In this document: piece by piece, positions 50,930 to 63,119 of the stretch
Position numbering within the stretch: position 1 is the first letter of the stretch
Layout: each line of letters opens with the position of its first letter
Assembly (NCBI RefSeq): GCF_006345805.1
Contig: NC_043010.1
Span: 25,172,001-25,236,000, forward strand
DNA from: Octopus sinensis
Lineage: Eukaryota
Length of the DNA stretch: 64,000 nucleotides
Direction: 5' to 3'
The notes under the pieces: generated by a model
What the model was told of the DNA's origin: nothing
Databases searched by the model: none
Seen by the model: the letters and a program-made list of their open reading frames with translations, nothing else
Translations under genes and position numbers: made by a program

Positions 50930-50986
50930 TCAATAATAGAGAGCCTGATGAAATTTATGGAAAAGCATAAAATTGAGTGTTGCTAA
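50930..50986 (+). CDS. FANK1: FANK1 last coding exon
   Basis: SIIESLMKFMEKHKIECC*; ttttcatttgttag acceptor (phase 0). Exon lengths total 1020 nt, or 339 aa plus stop. Chosen for its resemblance to the vertebrate FANK1 tail as recalled. Confidence 0.75.
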   Translation, partial: SIIESLMKFMEKHKIECC

Positions 50987-52477
50987 GAAGTCAAGGTGTA
51001 AAGTGAACATTGCACAACTTATGAAATTTAGGTGGGTACCTGTTTACATATTCTCGTGCTTTTTTATTTTTCTTACTCACACACACACACATTCTTTGTA
51101 GTTGGCTTGCAAAATTCTTGGTGTAAAAATTGGCATTGAAACAAATTTGTTGTATCTTGGGTGGGAGTGTCATTATGCTAACAAAAACACATGTACTAGT
51201 GCATGTATCTTTTGGCATAATGACCCTCACAAAATAGGGCAATATATGTGTGTATGTATGTATAGGAAAAATATCAATGAATTTCAAATATATCAAATAA
51301 TTATAACCATATATCTCCTTAGCATTCTAGCATAAAGTCACCTCTCTCTCTATTATATTCTCACTCAGTTGAGACAGTCCTTAGTCTTGTGAGTTACATA
51401 ATGACCTAACTTGTGCTGGTGCAACAAAAAAGCCTCCATCACACTCTGTAAAGTAGCTAGAGTTAGAAAGGACATCTAGCTATAGAAACCATGTCAAAGA
51501 GACTTCAGAGAACTCCACAGTCCTCACTGGATCTATGCCAGTATAGGTTAGATGGTTCAATAGAGTATAAATGATTCCAACACCAATGACACATACATCA
51601 TCCTCTCAAGTAAATTTGATTTGGTAGAGTGTACAATATTTGCACTATTTTAGGTGCCTATACAGTTGCAAGCAAAGACACCCTTTCATCCTGCCCACCT
51701 TTACTCTGCAGAGCTCTCAAGCTGTGATGGCTGCTACTCATTTTCAGCTGAGTAAACTGGAACAATGTGAAATGAAGCACTTTGCAGGATCTTGCAAGCT
51801 GGTAGTGTTATTCAGCATGAATTCATGTTTGATTGATACTTGCAGACTAAATAAATATGGATAGGAAGTGAGTTTCAGATAGCTGTAATTCTGAGAATAA
51901 TGGTTTATTTAGTGCAGGATTTTTGTAATATACCAGATGTATAAGAGAAGAGGTAAATGAATATGGTTGATTTCTATAGTTTGAATAGTTCACAGAAGCA
52001 CAAACCATTGTGGCAATGGTATATTAGACAAAAGAGAAATGCAATGCATCAACCTTTAGTGATTCTAGTGTGTTAGTGAGTGAAGGTTTGCCAGTGAGGC
52101 AAATAGCTTTTTTGGTTACATTCTGTATTTGTGTGTGTGTAGCAAAAATTTGATCCCTACTTAATAGTATGTAACTTATCAACCTACCAATTTCAAGACC
52201 ATGAGTTTAAAATACACTGTAACATTTCAGTATGTTTATTCTAAATATATTCTACATTACTTTAGTTCACCTAACTATAGGGAATAAAGTAGCAGATCCT
52301 GAGAGTTTGCTTGCTATGGACTGGTTATCTATTCAATCTATATCAAGAAGTCAAAGGTGTCCTTAGATGTGTATATATTGTAATTTAATAGAAAATTGAA
52401 TAATTGAATGATAATTTACTTATGTTTGTTTATTGTGTGTGTATAAATATTTGCAAATTAACACATGCATATATATG

Positions 52478-52662
52478 CCGGTGGCATGTAAAAAGCACCC
52501 ACTACACTCACGGAATGGTTGGCATTAGGAAGGGCATCCAGCTGTAGAAACACTGCCAGATCAGACTAGAGCCTGGTGTAGCCCCCTGGCTTCCCAGACG
52601 CCGGTCAAACTGTCCAATCCATGCTAGCATGGAAAATGGACGTTGAACAATGATGATGATGA
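52478..52662 (+). mobile_element. RTE 3'-end fragment
   Basis: gcacccactacactc...catgctagcatgg...gatgatgat. Confidence 0.88.
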
Positions 52663-52999
52663 TAAGTCTGTGTGGAAAGAAGTTATTGTTTCTTAGAGAT
52701 ATTTATCCAAGTGTACACCGGATTAGCTCTATATCAATTAATGATACTGGAAATTCTACATGTGCTTAAGTACTAGCCTTTATTGTTGGTTCTTCTTTGA
52801 TATTAGTACCTCACTTTTTGAAATTCCAGTTGTTGCTATAGATGTTATCCTTTTGATATAGGAGAAAAATTTATAACAATACAAAGATAATGGAGAATGC
52901 ATCCATAGAATAATCAATATATTTATTATAATAATCAAATCATGTTACCTACATGTATTTTGGTCTGTTGCTTAGATTCGTATTAATGCAATTAAATTG

Positions 53000-54000
53000 T
53001 ATCATTAATTTGAGAAAGCAAAAACCTTCATCAGGGCTAAAATAGACTGTTAAAAAGGTAACATCATAGGCTGCTATTTCTTCATACATCTTCATGGATG
53101 GAGGGTTCAATTCAAATTGAATTTTAACAAGTGGTCTTGGATACTATTCTAAAAATAGCTAGAGGTTCATTTTTCAACCCCACTGGACAGGGGATAGTCA
53201 TAGTTTAGACGAACTAGGTCATAATACTATTCACCCTTTTAGAGGTGCAAATTCTTTACTGTTAAGTATGCTTGTAAGCAAATTAATCATTAACTATATA
53301 GGTTTGTAGTTTGCTTTTACCATTTGTACTATCTATCATGCTCACATTATATATTTATCTATATGTACTTATTGGTAAGAAAAATAAATCTAGGTATGTA
53401 CTCATTTGCTATCTTTTATTTATTTATTTTTGTTTATTATTATTGTAAGAAGTTATATTATTGTTACATAATTTATTACTTAGATTCATTATTTGATAGT
53501 TTTGGTTCCTATTTTTTCTATTTATTTAATGGTATAGAAATATGATTCTAAATTATCATATACACTGTATATTTTTATCTAAAATCATTTGAATACATTT
53601 AAACACAAAGAAAATATATTTTTAGCTTTAAAAGCTTATATACTATTCTATCATTCATATAGTGTTTATTTTAATTAAATTTATTTAAATTCAATAAACA
53701 TTTCAAAAATAATTCCTTTTCTCTTGGCAAATGAGGAAATCTTTAAACACAATGTAGATTATTATAACATACCACTAGGTAAAGCCAGATATAAGCAAAA
53801 ATTAAAATTCTACAGACCAAACTTAAATAATAATAGTAACTATACACAAAACAAGATTTGCAATAATGATACTAACATAGAAATAAACGAGCATAAACAT
53901 AAAATAATTACAGATAAAATAAGGAATAATTCAAATAAGAATAATATAAGAAAAAACATCAGGAAACAGTTAGAAAACATAAGGGAATTGAACACGTAAC
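53000..54000. mobile_element. Decayed AT-rich Penelope-like fragments in both orientations
   Basis: + strand NEEIFKHNVDYYN...YKQKLKFY resembles the PLE RT C-terminus; minus strand 53040-53200 resembles the GIY-YIG end. Confidence 0.6.
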
Positions 54001-54382
54001 AAGGGTAGAAACACTAAGGAACTAGTAAAAATCATAAGTAACAAGGATCAGAGCATAGATGTGATGGCAAGGAAAAGAGAGGTATAAAGGTCATAATATG
54101 TATGGTCAGGCTTTGCCAAGAAGTCTTAAGTAGAGAGTGGGGATTGCAAGGATTGGCAAAATCCTGGGTAGAGGGCAGTGAAGGCAAGAGAGGGGATTGG
54201 AAGACTATCATAGTTTATGAAGAGGAAATGTGCGGAAAAGAAAGATGCTGTTGAAAAGAGGAAATGTAACTACATATAGATATATGCTTTATGCTTTAGA
54301 GTGTGTTTCTTTTTTTTAATATATGATACATTGACAATATATATGTTTGTGTGTGTGTGTATGTATGTATGTATATACGATA

Positions 54383-55249
54383 TACGAGGTCTGATGAATA
54401 AGTATCCAGACTATTGCCATAGTAATGAAGCTAAAGCATGCAGAGTGAAGCTGCTTGGCACACACTGATCTTAAACACTGCTGCACATGCATACTAAGAT
54501 TTAATGTTCTAGCTCACTTCTGCTGTTTACAGTAGTGCTTGGAAGGAAGGTGTGTAGCATGTGATCATTGCATTGACCATGACAGAGAAAGTTGTTATGG
54601 TAATACCAGCTCAGAGGCCTAAGTAAAGTTGCAGAACGTGTATGGAGAGGAGTGTATGAGTCATACACAAATGTAAGAATGGTTCAGACTTTTCCAAGAT
54701 GGCCGAAAATATCTCAATATTGACAAACATTCTGGGAGACCTACAACCAGTTGAAGTGAGAAAAATATTGCAGATGTGTGTGCAACTGTGAAGGGAAATT
54801 GTTGAATTACCATCTGTGAATTATCACAAGATATACAGATTAGTTACGGTTTAATTCAGTCCATTATCACTGAAGATTTAGGTATGAGACTCGTGTCTAC
54901 CAAGTTTGTGCCAAACTGCTTTCAGTTGACCAAAAAGACACTCGGGTTTCAGTTGCACAAGATCTTCTTGTGCCTAGAACAAAGAAAAACTTTGTGTAGG
55001 CCTCTGAGCAGGTATCACCAAGCTTTTAGCAAAATTTGATGTAGATTCTCTGCTCAATTTTCGCTGTCATGGTCATTGGAACGATCGCACGCTACACACC
55101 TTCTCTCCAAAACTGCTGTAAACAGCGGAAGTGAGTTAGAATGTTAAAACTTAGTGCACATGCACAGCAGATTTCAAGGTCAATCTTTGCCAAGAGGCTT
55201 CACTCTGCATGCTTTAGTTTGTTACGATGGCAACAGTCCAGATACTTAT

Positions 55250-55251
<2 letters not shown>
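54383..55251 (+). mobile_element. Mariner-derived non-autonomous element with about 220-bp inverted ends
   Basis: TA-CGAGG start; 54395-54600 is the reverse complement of 55045-55250; interior encodes the HTH region (EWFRLFQDG...SGRP...KFVP). Confidence 0.8.
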
Positions 55252-55311
<60 letters not shown>

Positions 55312-55719
55312 GCACAGATCTAATGAAGAAATACGCACAGATCATGAACAGTTAAATATTCTCTCATTACTCTGTCTAGCTCAAATATGTTTTTCGTTTA
55401 GTCTTGTCTCCCTGTTGCTCCCGGTTCATAGCCATTTATCTTTCCCCTAAAAATCTCACTTTCTCAGATTTTTCAAACCTACTTTCTTGCTCACACGATT
55501 AACAGAACCTCTTCCTAGTTTATGGTGCACCCGCCCTCCCACCCCCTCCACACATGCCGGAAGTTCCTATTCTTTGCCATCCCAGGGTTGCTTCCCATGA
55601 AGACTGCAAATGCTCTTTCACCATTCCTACCCCTAGTCTCGACCTATGTAAGGTAATGTTCACACAGTGCAAAATATGAAAGGCTAGAGTTATGCAGGTT
55701 GAACTTAAGGCTACTGTAT

Positions 55720-57617
55720 TACTTGCACATGAATTCTGCCAAATGCGAGCTTTCTTTTCAGGTACATGAAGCTACTGTCCACCGTCCCAGGGTCTCTAGG
55801 GCCCATACCTCCCACACCCTCAGGGTTGGCACCCTCAACGTTGGCACACTGAAAGGTAGGTCTGGCAAGATAGTCGAGATGCTTGAATGGAGATGTGTGG
55901 ATATATGTTGCATGCAAGAAGTAAGGTGGAGAGGAGGATCTGCTAGGTTCCTCACAGGCAAGGAACACAGGTACAAGATTTTCTGGGCAGGGAACACTGA
56001 CAGAGTTGGTGACGTGGGTATACTTATTGCTGATAAATGGGTAGATAAAGTAATTGAGGTAATCAGAGTATGTGACAGAATACTTAAGATTAGATTAGTG
56101 CTTCATCATAGTTTAGCAACCATTATATCAGCCTATGCTCCTCAGTCGGGGCTACCCGATGGACAGAAAGACCGATTTTATGACACTCTACTGCAGACTA
56201 CCTCGTTGACGAACGACAGAGACCTTCTCTTTGTGGCTGGTGACTTCAATGGTCACATTGGACGACATGCTGGGGGCTTCCATGGCGTACATGGAGGCTA
56301 TGGCTATGGTTTCTGCAACGAGGAGGGAACCAGGCTGCTGGAGTTCTGCGATGCAAATAATCTTATGATTTGCAACACTAACTTCAGGAAACATACCAGC
56401 CACCTAGTCACCTACCAATCGGGCCAACATACCAGCCAAATTGACTACATCCTTGCCAGGCAAAGGGAGAAGAAGGATCTGGAAGCTTAAAGATCCTGCG
56501 AATGGACAGAGATTTAGGGACATGCTACTTGAAGCCTTTGACAAAGTAGAAGGGGATAGAGTATCACATGGGGTAGAAGGCAACTGCACGTTTCTAAGGG
56601 ACAACCTGCTGAGAGCCACTGACCAGATCTGTGGCTGGTGCAAAGTCCCCTCTCGTCCCAAGGTAACCTGGTGGTGGAACAGTGTTGTAGACAGGGCTAT
56701 TAGAGAAAAGAGACAGACTTGGAAGGACTGGAAGAATGGTGGTAGCAGGGAATTGTATCACCTTGAGAGAAAAGCTGGACCTAAGAAGCATCAGATGTGG
56801 TGTGCAAGAGAGACGTTTGCGCTGGTATGGGCACGTGGCAAGAATGGATGAAGATAGTTGTGTGAAAAAGTTCCACACCCTAGCGGTTGAGGGAACCTGT
56901 GGAAGAGGCAGACCCAGGAAAACCTGGGACGAGGTGGTGAAGCACGACCTTCGAACTTTAGGTCTCACTGAGGAAATGACTAGAGACCAAGACCTCTGGA
57001 AGTATGCTGTGTGTGAGAAGACCCGGCAAGACAAGTGAGACCATAACCCATGGCCTTCTACATGGGATGTAGCCAGCCCACTTATGCATACCTTCCCTTC
57101 TTGGGACACAAAACTCTACTTGTGAAGACCTGTTGAGGCAAGTGAGAATCAGAATCGAAATCGATCAATGGAAATTGCAGCTGAGTTACCAGTGCCGGTG
57201 GCACGTAAGAGAACCATCCGAACGTGGCCGTTGCCAGCGCCACCCCAACTGGCCTCATGCCGGTGGCACGTAAAAAGCACCATCCGTTTGTGGCCGTTGC
57301 CAGCCTCGCCTGGCCCCCGTGCCGGTGGCATGTAAAACGCACCATCATTTCGTGGCCGTTGCCAGCCCCGCCTGGCCCCCGTGCCGGTAGCACATAAAAA
57401 GCACCATCCGATCGTGGCCGTTTGCCAGACTCGTCTGGCACGTAAAAAGCACCCACTACACTCATGGAGTGGTTGGCGTTAGGAAGGGCATCCAGCCATA
57501 GAAACATTGCCAGATCAATCTGGGCCTGGTGCAGCCTTCTGGCTTCCCAGACCCCAGTTGAATCGTCCAACCCATGCTAGCATGGAAAGCGGACGCTAAA
57601 CGATGATGATGATGATA
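55720..57617 (+). mobile_element. Internally deleted RTE element retaining the endonuclease, C-terminus and 3' UTR but lacking RT
   Basis: APE ORF, then jumps near 56465 and 56760 to RRIWKLKDP and then LREKLDLRSIRCGVQERRLRW; no FADD region; (GAT)n tail. Confidence 0.88.
55810..56465 (+). CDS. Open AP-endonuclease domain of the RTE
   Basis: LRVGTLNV, CMQEVRW, SAYAPQ, GDFNGHIG and SQIDYIL, all within ORF 55699-56490. Confidence 0.88.
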
Positions 57618-58070
57618 TATATATATAATAAATAACAACAAAAGAATGAGACCTCGATATTAGGTAAATAGAGGAATTTATATATGTATAGCTTAGGACC
57701 ATCAGTAAGTTGTCATAATAGGATTCAAAGTTTCAAATGCCAGAGCTAATAGACGTTATAAAACAAAACGTTGAATAAAAAGGAAGTTATTCTAATAGGT
57801 TGGAAAAAATATAAAACATAAAAAATACATGCAACCATATGCTCACAATACATAGACATAAAACCGCTTGCGTTAACGCTTACATACATACACACTCACA
57901 CCAATATGTATATGTACATGCCCATACACACACAAACATGTGCATTAATGTACTCATACACATATCCACACACATACGTCCAACCCGTGCTAGCGCGGAA
58001 AACGGACGTTAAATGATGATGATGATGATATGCACATAAGTGTGTGCTTATGTATATATGTATACATACG

Positions 58071-58365
58071 CATGATGGCCGTCCACTTGTGACCGAGGAA
58101 GACCACTGCCGACCTTCAGGAACATTGTGTGCTCTAGGACTAACTTATATTTTGCATTTGCAGCTCCATTGGTGGCTAATGAGCCCTGCTCTTGACAAGC
58201 ATACATGACTGCAAACATTGATATATAGGACAGGACACTGACTAGGAGAACAAAGCCTGTCATCGCCACAGATGCAGGAAGCAGGTTAAGGAGGGGATCG
58301 ACACTTTTGAGAGAGCACGTATCCAGTATGAAGAACTTAAGCGAGCTGTGCGAAAGCGCACGGCT
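58071..58365 (-). mobile_element. BovB-like RTE 3' end with inverted 5' segment
   Basis: Minus strand VCSHVCLSRAGLISHQWSC* plus 3' UTR (58071-58264) joined to + strand RKQVKEGIDTFERARIQYEELKRAVRK (58265-58365). Confidence 0.7.
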
Positions 58366-58498
58366 TGTATAGTGAATACATACTCATAGAAGGCATACAT
58401 TTACGCATAAATGTACATATGTACACAGATATATATATATATACACACACCGTCCTAAACTATACTTATATATATATACACACACACACACGCAATTT

Positions 58499-59197
58499 CA
58501 GTCATTGGCGGTCTTCTTTTTCTCCTCTTCTTCTTCATATGCTAAAACTTGAAAACCGCATTACTATTAATATACGATTCTGCAATTTAAATTCCCAGTT
58601 CAAATACTTTCTTCTTCAATTCAACTCCCGCTCGATGACCGCAGCAAGTTCTTAAAAAATTTATCTACTATATTTTTTATTCGTTTGTTAATACTTTATT
58701 CATACACTGTTACGAAAATTTAACCCTTTTTTAAGATACTTTCAAGCCTCGCCATAAATTGATTTATCTTCCTATCTCTCTCTACTATATTTAGTTACCA
58801 GCAGGCTGCCTCAAGCCATATCCCATCTTTTTCCCATCTTTCAGTCATTGGCGGTCTTCTTTTATTTTTCCTCCTCTTCTTCTTCATATGCTAAAACTTG
58901 AAAACCGCCATTACTATTACTATTACGATTCTGCAATTTAAATTCCAGTTCAACTACTTTCTTTTCAATTTCAACTCCCGCTCGATGACCGCAGCAAGTT
59001 CTTAAAAAATTATCTTACTATATTTTTATTCGTTGTTAATACGTTTATTTCATACATGTTACGAAAATTTAACCTTTTTTAGATACTTTCAAGCTTCGCC
59101 ATAATGATTTATCTTCCTATCTCTCTCTCTACAATATTTAACCGCAGCTGCTCAAGCCGTAATCCCATCTTTTTCCCATCTTTCAGTCATTGGCGGT
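58499..59197. repeat. Tandem repeat with a 342-343 bp unit: two copies plus the start of a third
   Basis: cagtcattggcggt occurs at 58499, 58842 and 59184. Confidence 0.95.
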
Positions 59198-59638
59198 GCG
59201 CCCGCCCCCCACCCCACCACCAATACCGTTGAAACTGTTTCTCACCCCACCACCAATACCGTTGAACATGTTCTCACCCCCCCACCACCAAATACCAGTA
59301 TACCCCGTTCTCTCTATCTACACCGGATACACCTTAACTCATCTACACTGGGTACGCCACTCCCTCCTCCTCCTCCCACTACCACTTCTCCTCATATGCT
59401 TAAGACAAGCTGCTAGCGCCTAGCTCATCAACTGCCCACCGATCTTACGCTTCCTCCTGACACTGCCTCAACCCGACCATCCCCTTTTTAGTACCCTCCC
59501 GCCTCGTCACCTACCCATCTAAGTACCCCCTACCCATTCTAAGTACCCCCCTACCCATTCTAAGTACCCCGGATCCCCAAGTACCCCGGATCCCCAAAAA
59601 TACCCCAATCCCCAAAGTACCCCGGACCTCGTTCCCCC

Positions 59639-59738
59639 NNNNNNNNNNNNNNNNNNNNNNNNNNNNNNNNNNNNNNNNNNNNNNNNNNNNNNNNNNNNNN
59701 NNNNNNNNNNNNNNNNNNNNNNNNNNNNNNNNNNNNNN
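59639..59738. other. Assembly gap (100 N)
   Basis: Run of N; a round length of 100 usually marks a gap of unknown size. Confidence 1.
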
Positions 59739-60159
59739 ATTATCATTATTGTTTTTACGTATTTTGTATTCTTATTCGTGTAACATCATCCTTGTTTTGT
59801 ATACATTCGAGGCTTTCTTCCAAGGAATCAAATCGCTTGGCTTAGATTTTCCTTTGGGGCTGGCCAGGTCGGAGCAATCTCAAGATTAATCAGCCGAAAT
59901 TGCGAGGATGATCCGGTTCTTGACTGAAGATCGAAGGCTTCGAATGTCCTGTCCGTGTTTTTTGTATCGTCTTCTAAATGTTTTACATTTATCTTTTAGA
60001 CTCAAACATCAATATATATATATATATATATATAATATATATATATATATAGATATATATATATATTATATATATATATTATATATATTATATATATATA
60101 TATAATATATATATATATATAGATATATATATATATTATATATATATATAATATGCATA

Positions 60160-60560
60160 ACCATTTTAGACTCAAACATAAAGCCAATTGTATGTCCTTA
60201 TCTAGCAAGATTTGGGAACTGAAGGAAAGCAGGATCGAATTTAGCCTTAAATGGGATATAATATGCAAAGCACAGCCTTATAGAGATAGTCGATACAGGT
60301 GTGAACTGTGATTTATGGAAACATATGAAATTTTTAAGTATAGGGACAAGTACAACCTGATTGATAATAGATTAGACCTAAGGGTATCATGTATGCATAG
60401 CATCACTCGTACATTTAAGTATTTTCAAAATTAGCAATTATAGGTGCCATCCTTGAACTTTGATGGTAGAAATTCATTTTTTGGTGTCATATCCATTGTA
60501 AACTTACCCTCTAGTTTTATATATAATAAAATCATGGGATATTGAGTTATATGGTGAATT
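60160..60560 (+). mobile_element. Penelope-like GIY-YIG end (same family as 7490-8600); related 3' repeat at 63440-63850
   Basis: KHKANCMSLSSKIWELKESRIEFSLKWDIICKAQPYRDSRYRCELC. Confidence 0.8.
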
Positions 60561-60614
60561 GAATTGCATTGCATATATTAGGGTAGAGGTAGCCTCCTCT
60601 TATTTATCATAGAC

Positions 60615-63119
60615 CTCCAGGCAATAACGGACGAATTCAAGACAGGATGCCCCTGGGAGCTCCTCTTTGCCGATGACCTTGCTCTAATTGCTGAGTCACT
60701 ATCAGAATTAGAGGAGAAGTTTCAAGTATGGAAACAAGGATTAGAATTGAAGGGCCTTAGAGTAAACCTAGCTAAAACCAAAGTCCTAATAAGTAGGAAG
60801 GCAGGCAAACCATAAATCCCTTCAGGTAGATGGCCCTGCTCGATCTGTAGAAAAGGCATAGGTAGAAACTCTATACCCAGTGTCAGCTATGGACACATAA
60901 GAGGTGCAGCAATATCAAAGAAGGCTAACTGGGAGGATAGTTTTTGTATGTGGCAGATGCTTGGGAGCAATAAATAACACTGAAAATGTGCAGAGAACAA
61001 CTTCCGCCACATTCCAGGGAAAAAAACTAGAAGTAGTTGATAGTGTTATGGGGCTCAATTCAGGGACAGTGCTTGCGACCGAATTTTGTGAATAAATCCT
61101 TTGTCCTGTCAGATTCAGGTGGATTGATGAGTTCTGGGGAGACCTTCGACCCTTTTCAGGTAAAAGAAAGTTCAAGGAAACACCCCTTAAAAAGCAGGAG
61201 ATATGAATCTGTTGGACAGTTGAGGACAGAGCGAGTTAGTAACAGGTTGTTTCTGCTGTGACAGTGAACGTGAAAGAGGAAGACAGGCAGAGAAGATTAA
61301 AGAACTGAGAGAGATTGCGGCGAGAGGGCATGGCGATTACGGTAGTAGTTTTCTGAAATTGTTGCAGACAGGAAAGAACGTTCAGTAAAGTTTTGTTTGT
61401 GTTTTGGTTGTTGTATTTTGATGTGCTGAACTAAAAAGAGAATTGATGTGAAAAAAGAAGGAAAGAGGAAAAAGAAAGAACAGTGCTAAAGGGAAAAAGA
61501 AATTAGATTATAAAGAACATTGTGAATTGTGTTACAGAGTTGTTGATGCGTGTTGAAAAAGAAAGAGAAAGACTTTAATGTGATTTGAACATTGAACTGT
61601 ATCGTTAATGTGAACATTATTTGTTTTGATTCGACGTGAACTGTTTAATTGCTTTGATTTGTTGTTTTCTTGTTTTCTTGCATTTTCTTTGATTTCTTTG
61701 ATGTTGTAATAATTGTATAAACTGTTGTTAAATGTAAGCCAAATTGCCTTCCGCCGTGTCTCTCTGTATCTCTTCCTCCGGTTGTTGTTGTTGTTATTTC
61801 TGGTCGCCGGCTGCCAAGTTCGCTGTCGCCTTTCCCCCACCAAATTCTCTCTCTCCCTGGGTCTGTGGCGAGTTCGCCAATCGATAAGGCCGGTAAATTG
61901 TCGTCGCTCGACTTGGTAGGGTCCCAGGTTTTCCGAAGAGTTTGAACGACGGCAGGTGGTTAGTAACAATAGCTTCCATTACCTAGGTGACCAAGTCAGT
62001 AGCAGGGGAGGGTGCACTGAAAGTGTAGCTGCTAGAATAAGAATAGCCTGGGCTAAGTTGAGAGAGCTCTTACCTCTGCTGGTAACAAAGGACCTCGCGC
62101 TCATAGTAAAAGGTAGACTGTACAACACATGTGTATGAACAGCCATGCTACATGGCAGTGAAACATGGGCCGTGACTGCTGAGGACATGCGTTAGCTCAC
62201 AAGGAATGAAGCCAGCATGCTCCGATGGATGTGTAATGTCAGTGTGCATACTCAACAGTGTTAGTGCCTTGAGTGAAAGATTGAACAGATGTGGTGTGCA
62301 AGAGAGACGACTGCGCTGGCATAGTCATGTGGCGAGAATGGATGTGGATAGCCCTGTGAAAAAGTGCCACACACTAGCAGTTGAGGAAACTTGTGGAAGA
62401 GGTAGACCCAAGAAGACCTGGGATGAGGTGGTGAAGCGTGACCTTCGAACATTGGGCCTCACTGAGGCAATGACTAGTGACCAGGACCTCTGGAAATATG
62501 CTGTGCTTGAGAAGACTCAGCAAGCGCAAGTGAGACCATAACCTTGTGGCCTATGCCAGGGGTGTAACCAGCCCACTTATGCATACCTTTCCTTCATTGG
62601 ACACTAAACTCTACTTGCGAAGACCTGTTGAGGCAAGTGAAATCAAAATCGAAATCAAATTCGATGACTGGCTAGTGGAGCGCTAAGAGCACCATAAGAG
62701 TGAGATCGTTGCCAGAGCAACAAGCTGGCCTCCATGCCAATGGCACATTAAAAACACCATTCAAGCGTGATCGTTACCTGCGTCACCTTACTAGCACTTG
62801 TGCTGGTAGCACGTGAAAAAAAAAACATTCAAGCGAGGTTGTTGCCAGTACCACTGGACTGGCTCCTGTGCAGGTGGCACATAAAAAGCACCATTTGAGC
62901 ATGGACATTGCCAGTACTGCCTGACTAGCCCTCACGCCGGTGGCATGTAAAAGCACCCACTACACTCTCGAAGTGGTTGGCGTTAGGAAGGGCACCCAGC
63001 TGTAGAAACTCTGCCAGATCAGATTAGAGTCTGGTGCAGCCATCTGGTTCGCCAGACCTCAGTCAAATCGTCCAACCCATGCTAGCATGGAAAGCAGATG
63101 TTAAACAATGATGATGATG
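60615..63119 (+). mobile_element. 5'-truncated RTE LINE interrupted by a solo LTR
   Basis: ELLFADD...GLRVNLAKTK, Cys/His finger, EVVDS|FHYLG, AMLHGSETW, GRPKKTWDEVV, 3' UTR and (GAT)n tail. Confidence 0.92.
61044..61968. mobile_element. Solo LTR (925 bp) with 4-bp TSD ATAG
   Basis: TGTTA...TAACA ends; ATAG at 61040-61043 and 61969-61972; removal restores the RTE frame EVVDSFHYLG. Confidence 0.9.

Noticed and set aside
51870-52880. Alternative FANK1 terminal exons after AG sites near 51880, 52700 and 52860
   Set aside because: Weaker acceptors and peptides unlike the FANK1 tail; 50930-50986 fits better.
53000-53040. Minus-strand CTGATGA downstream of a PLE relic
   Set aside because: No GAAA or stem III follows; at most a dead remnant.
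59510-59638. G-quadruplex or telomere-like repeat on the minus strand
   Set aside because: Lies at the low-quality contig end, with irregular units that do not match TTAGGG.
59920-59950. CTGAAGA followed by a tcgaa/ttcga hairpin as a hammerhead
   Set aside because: No GAAA after the stem and no stem I.
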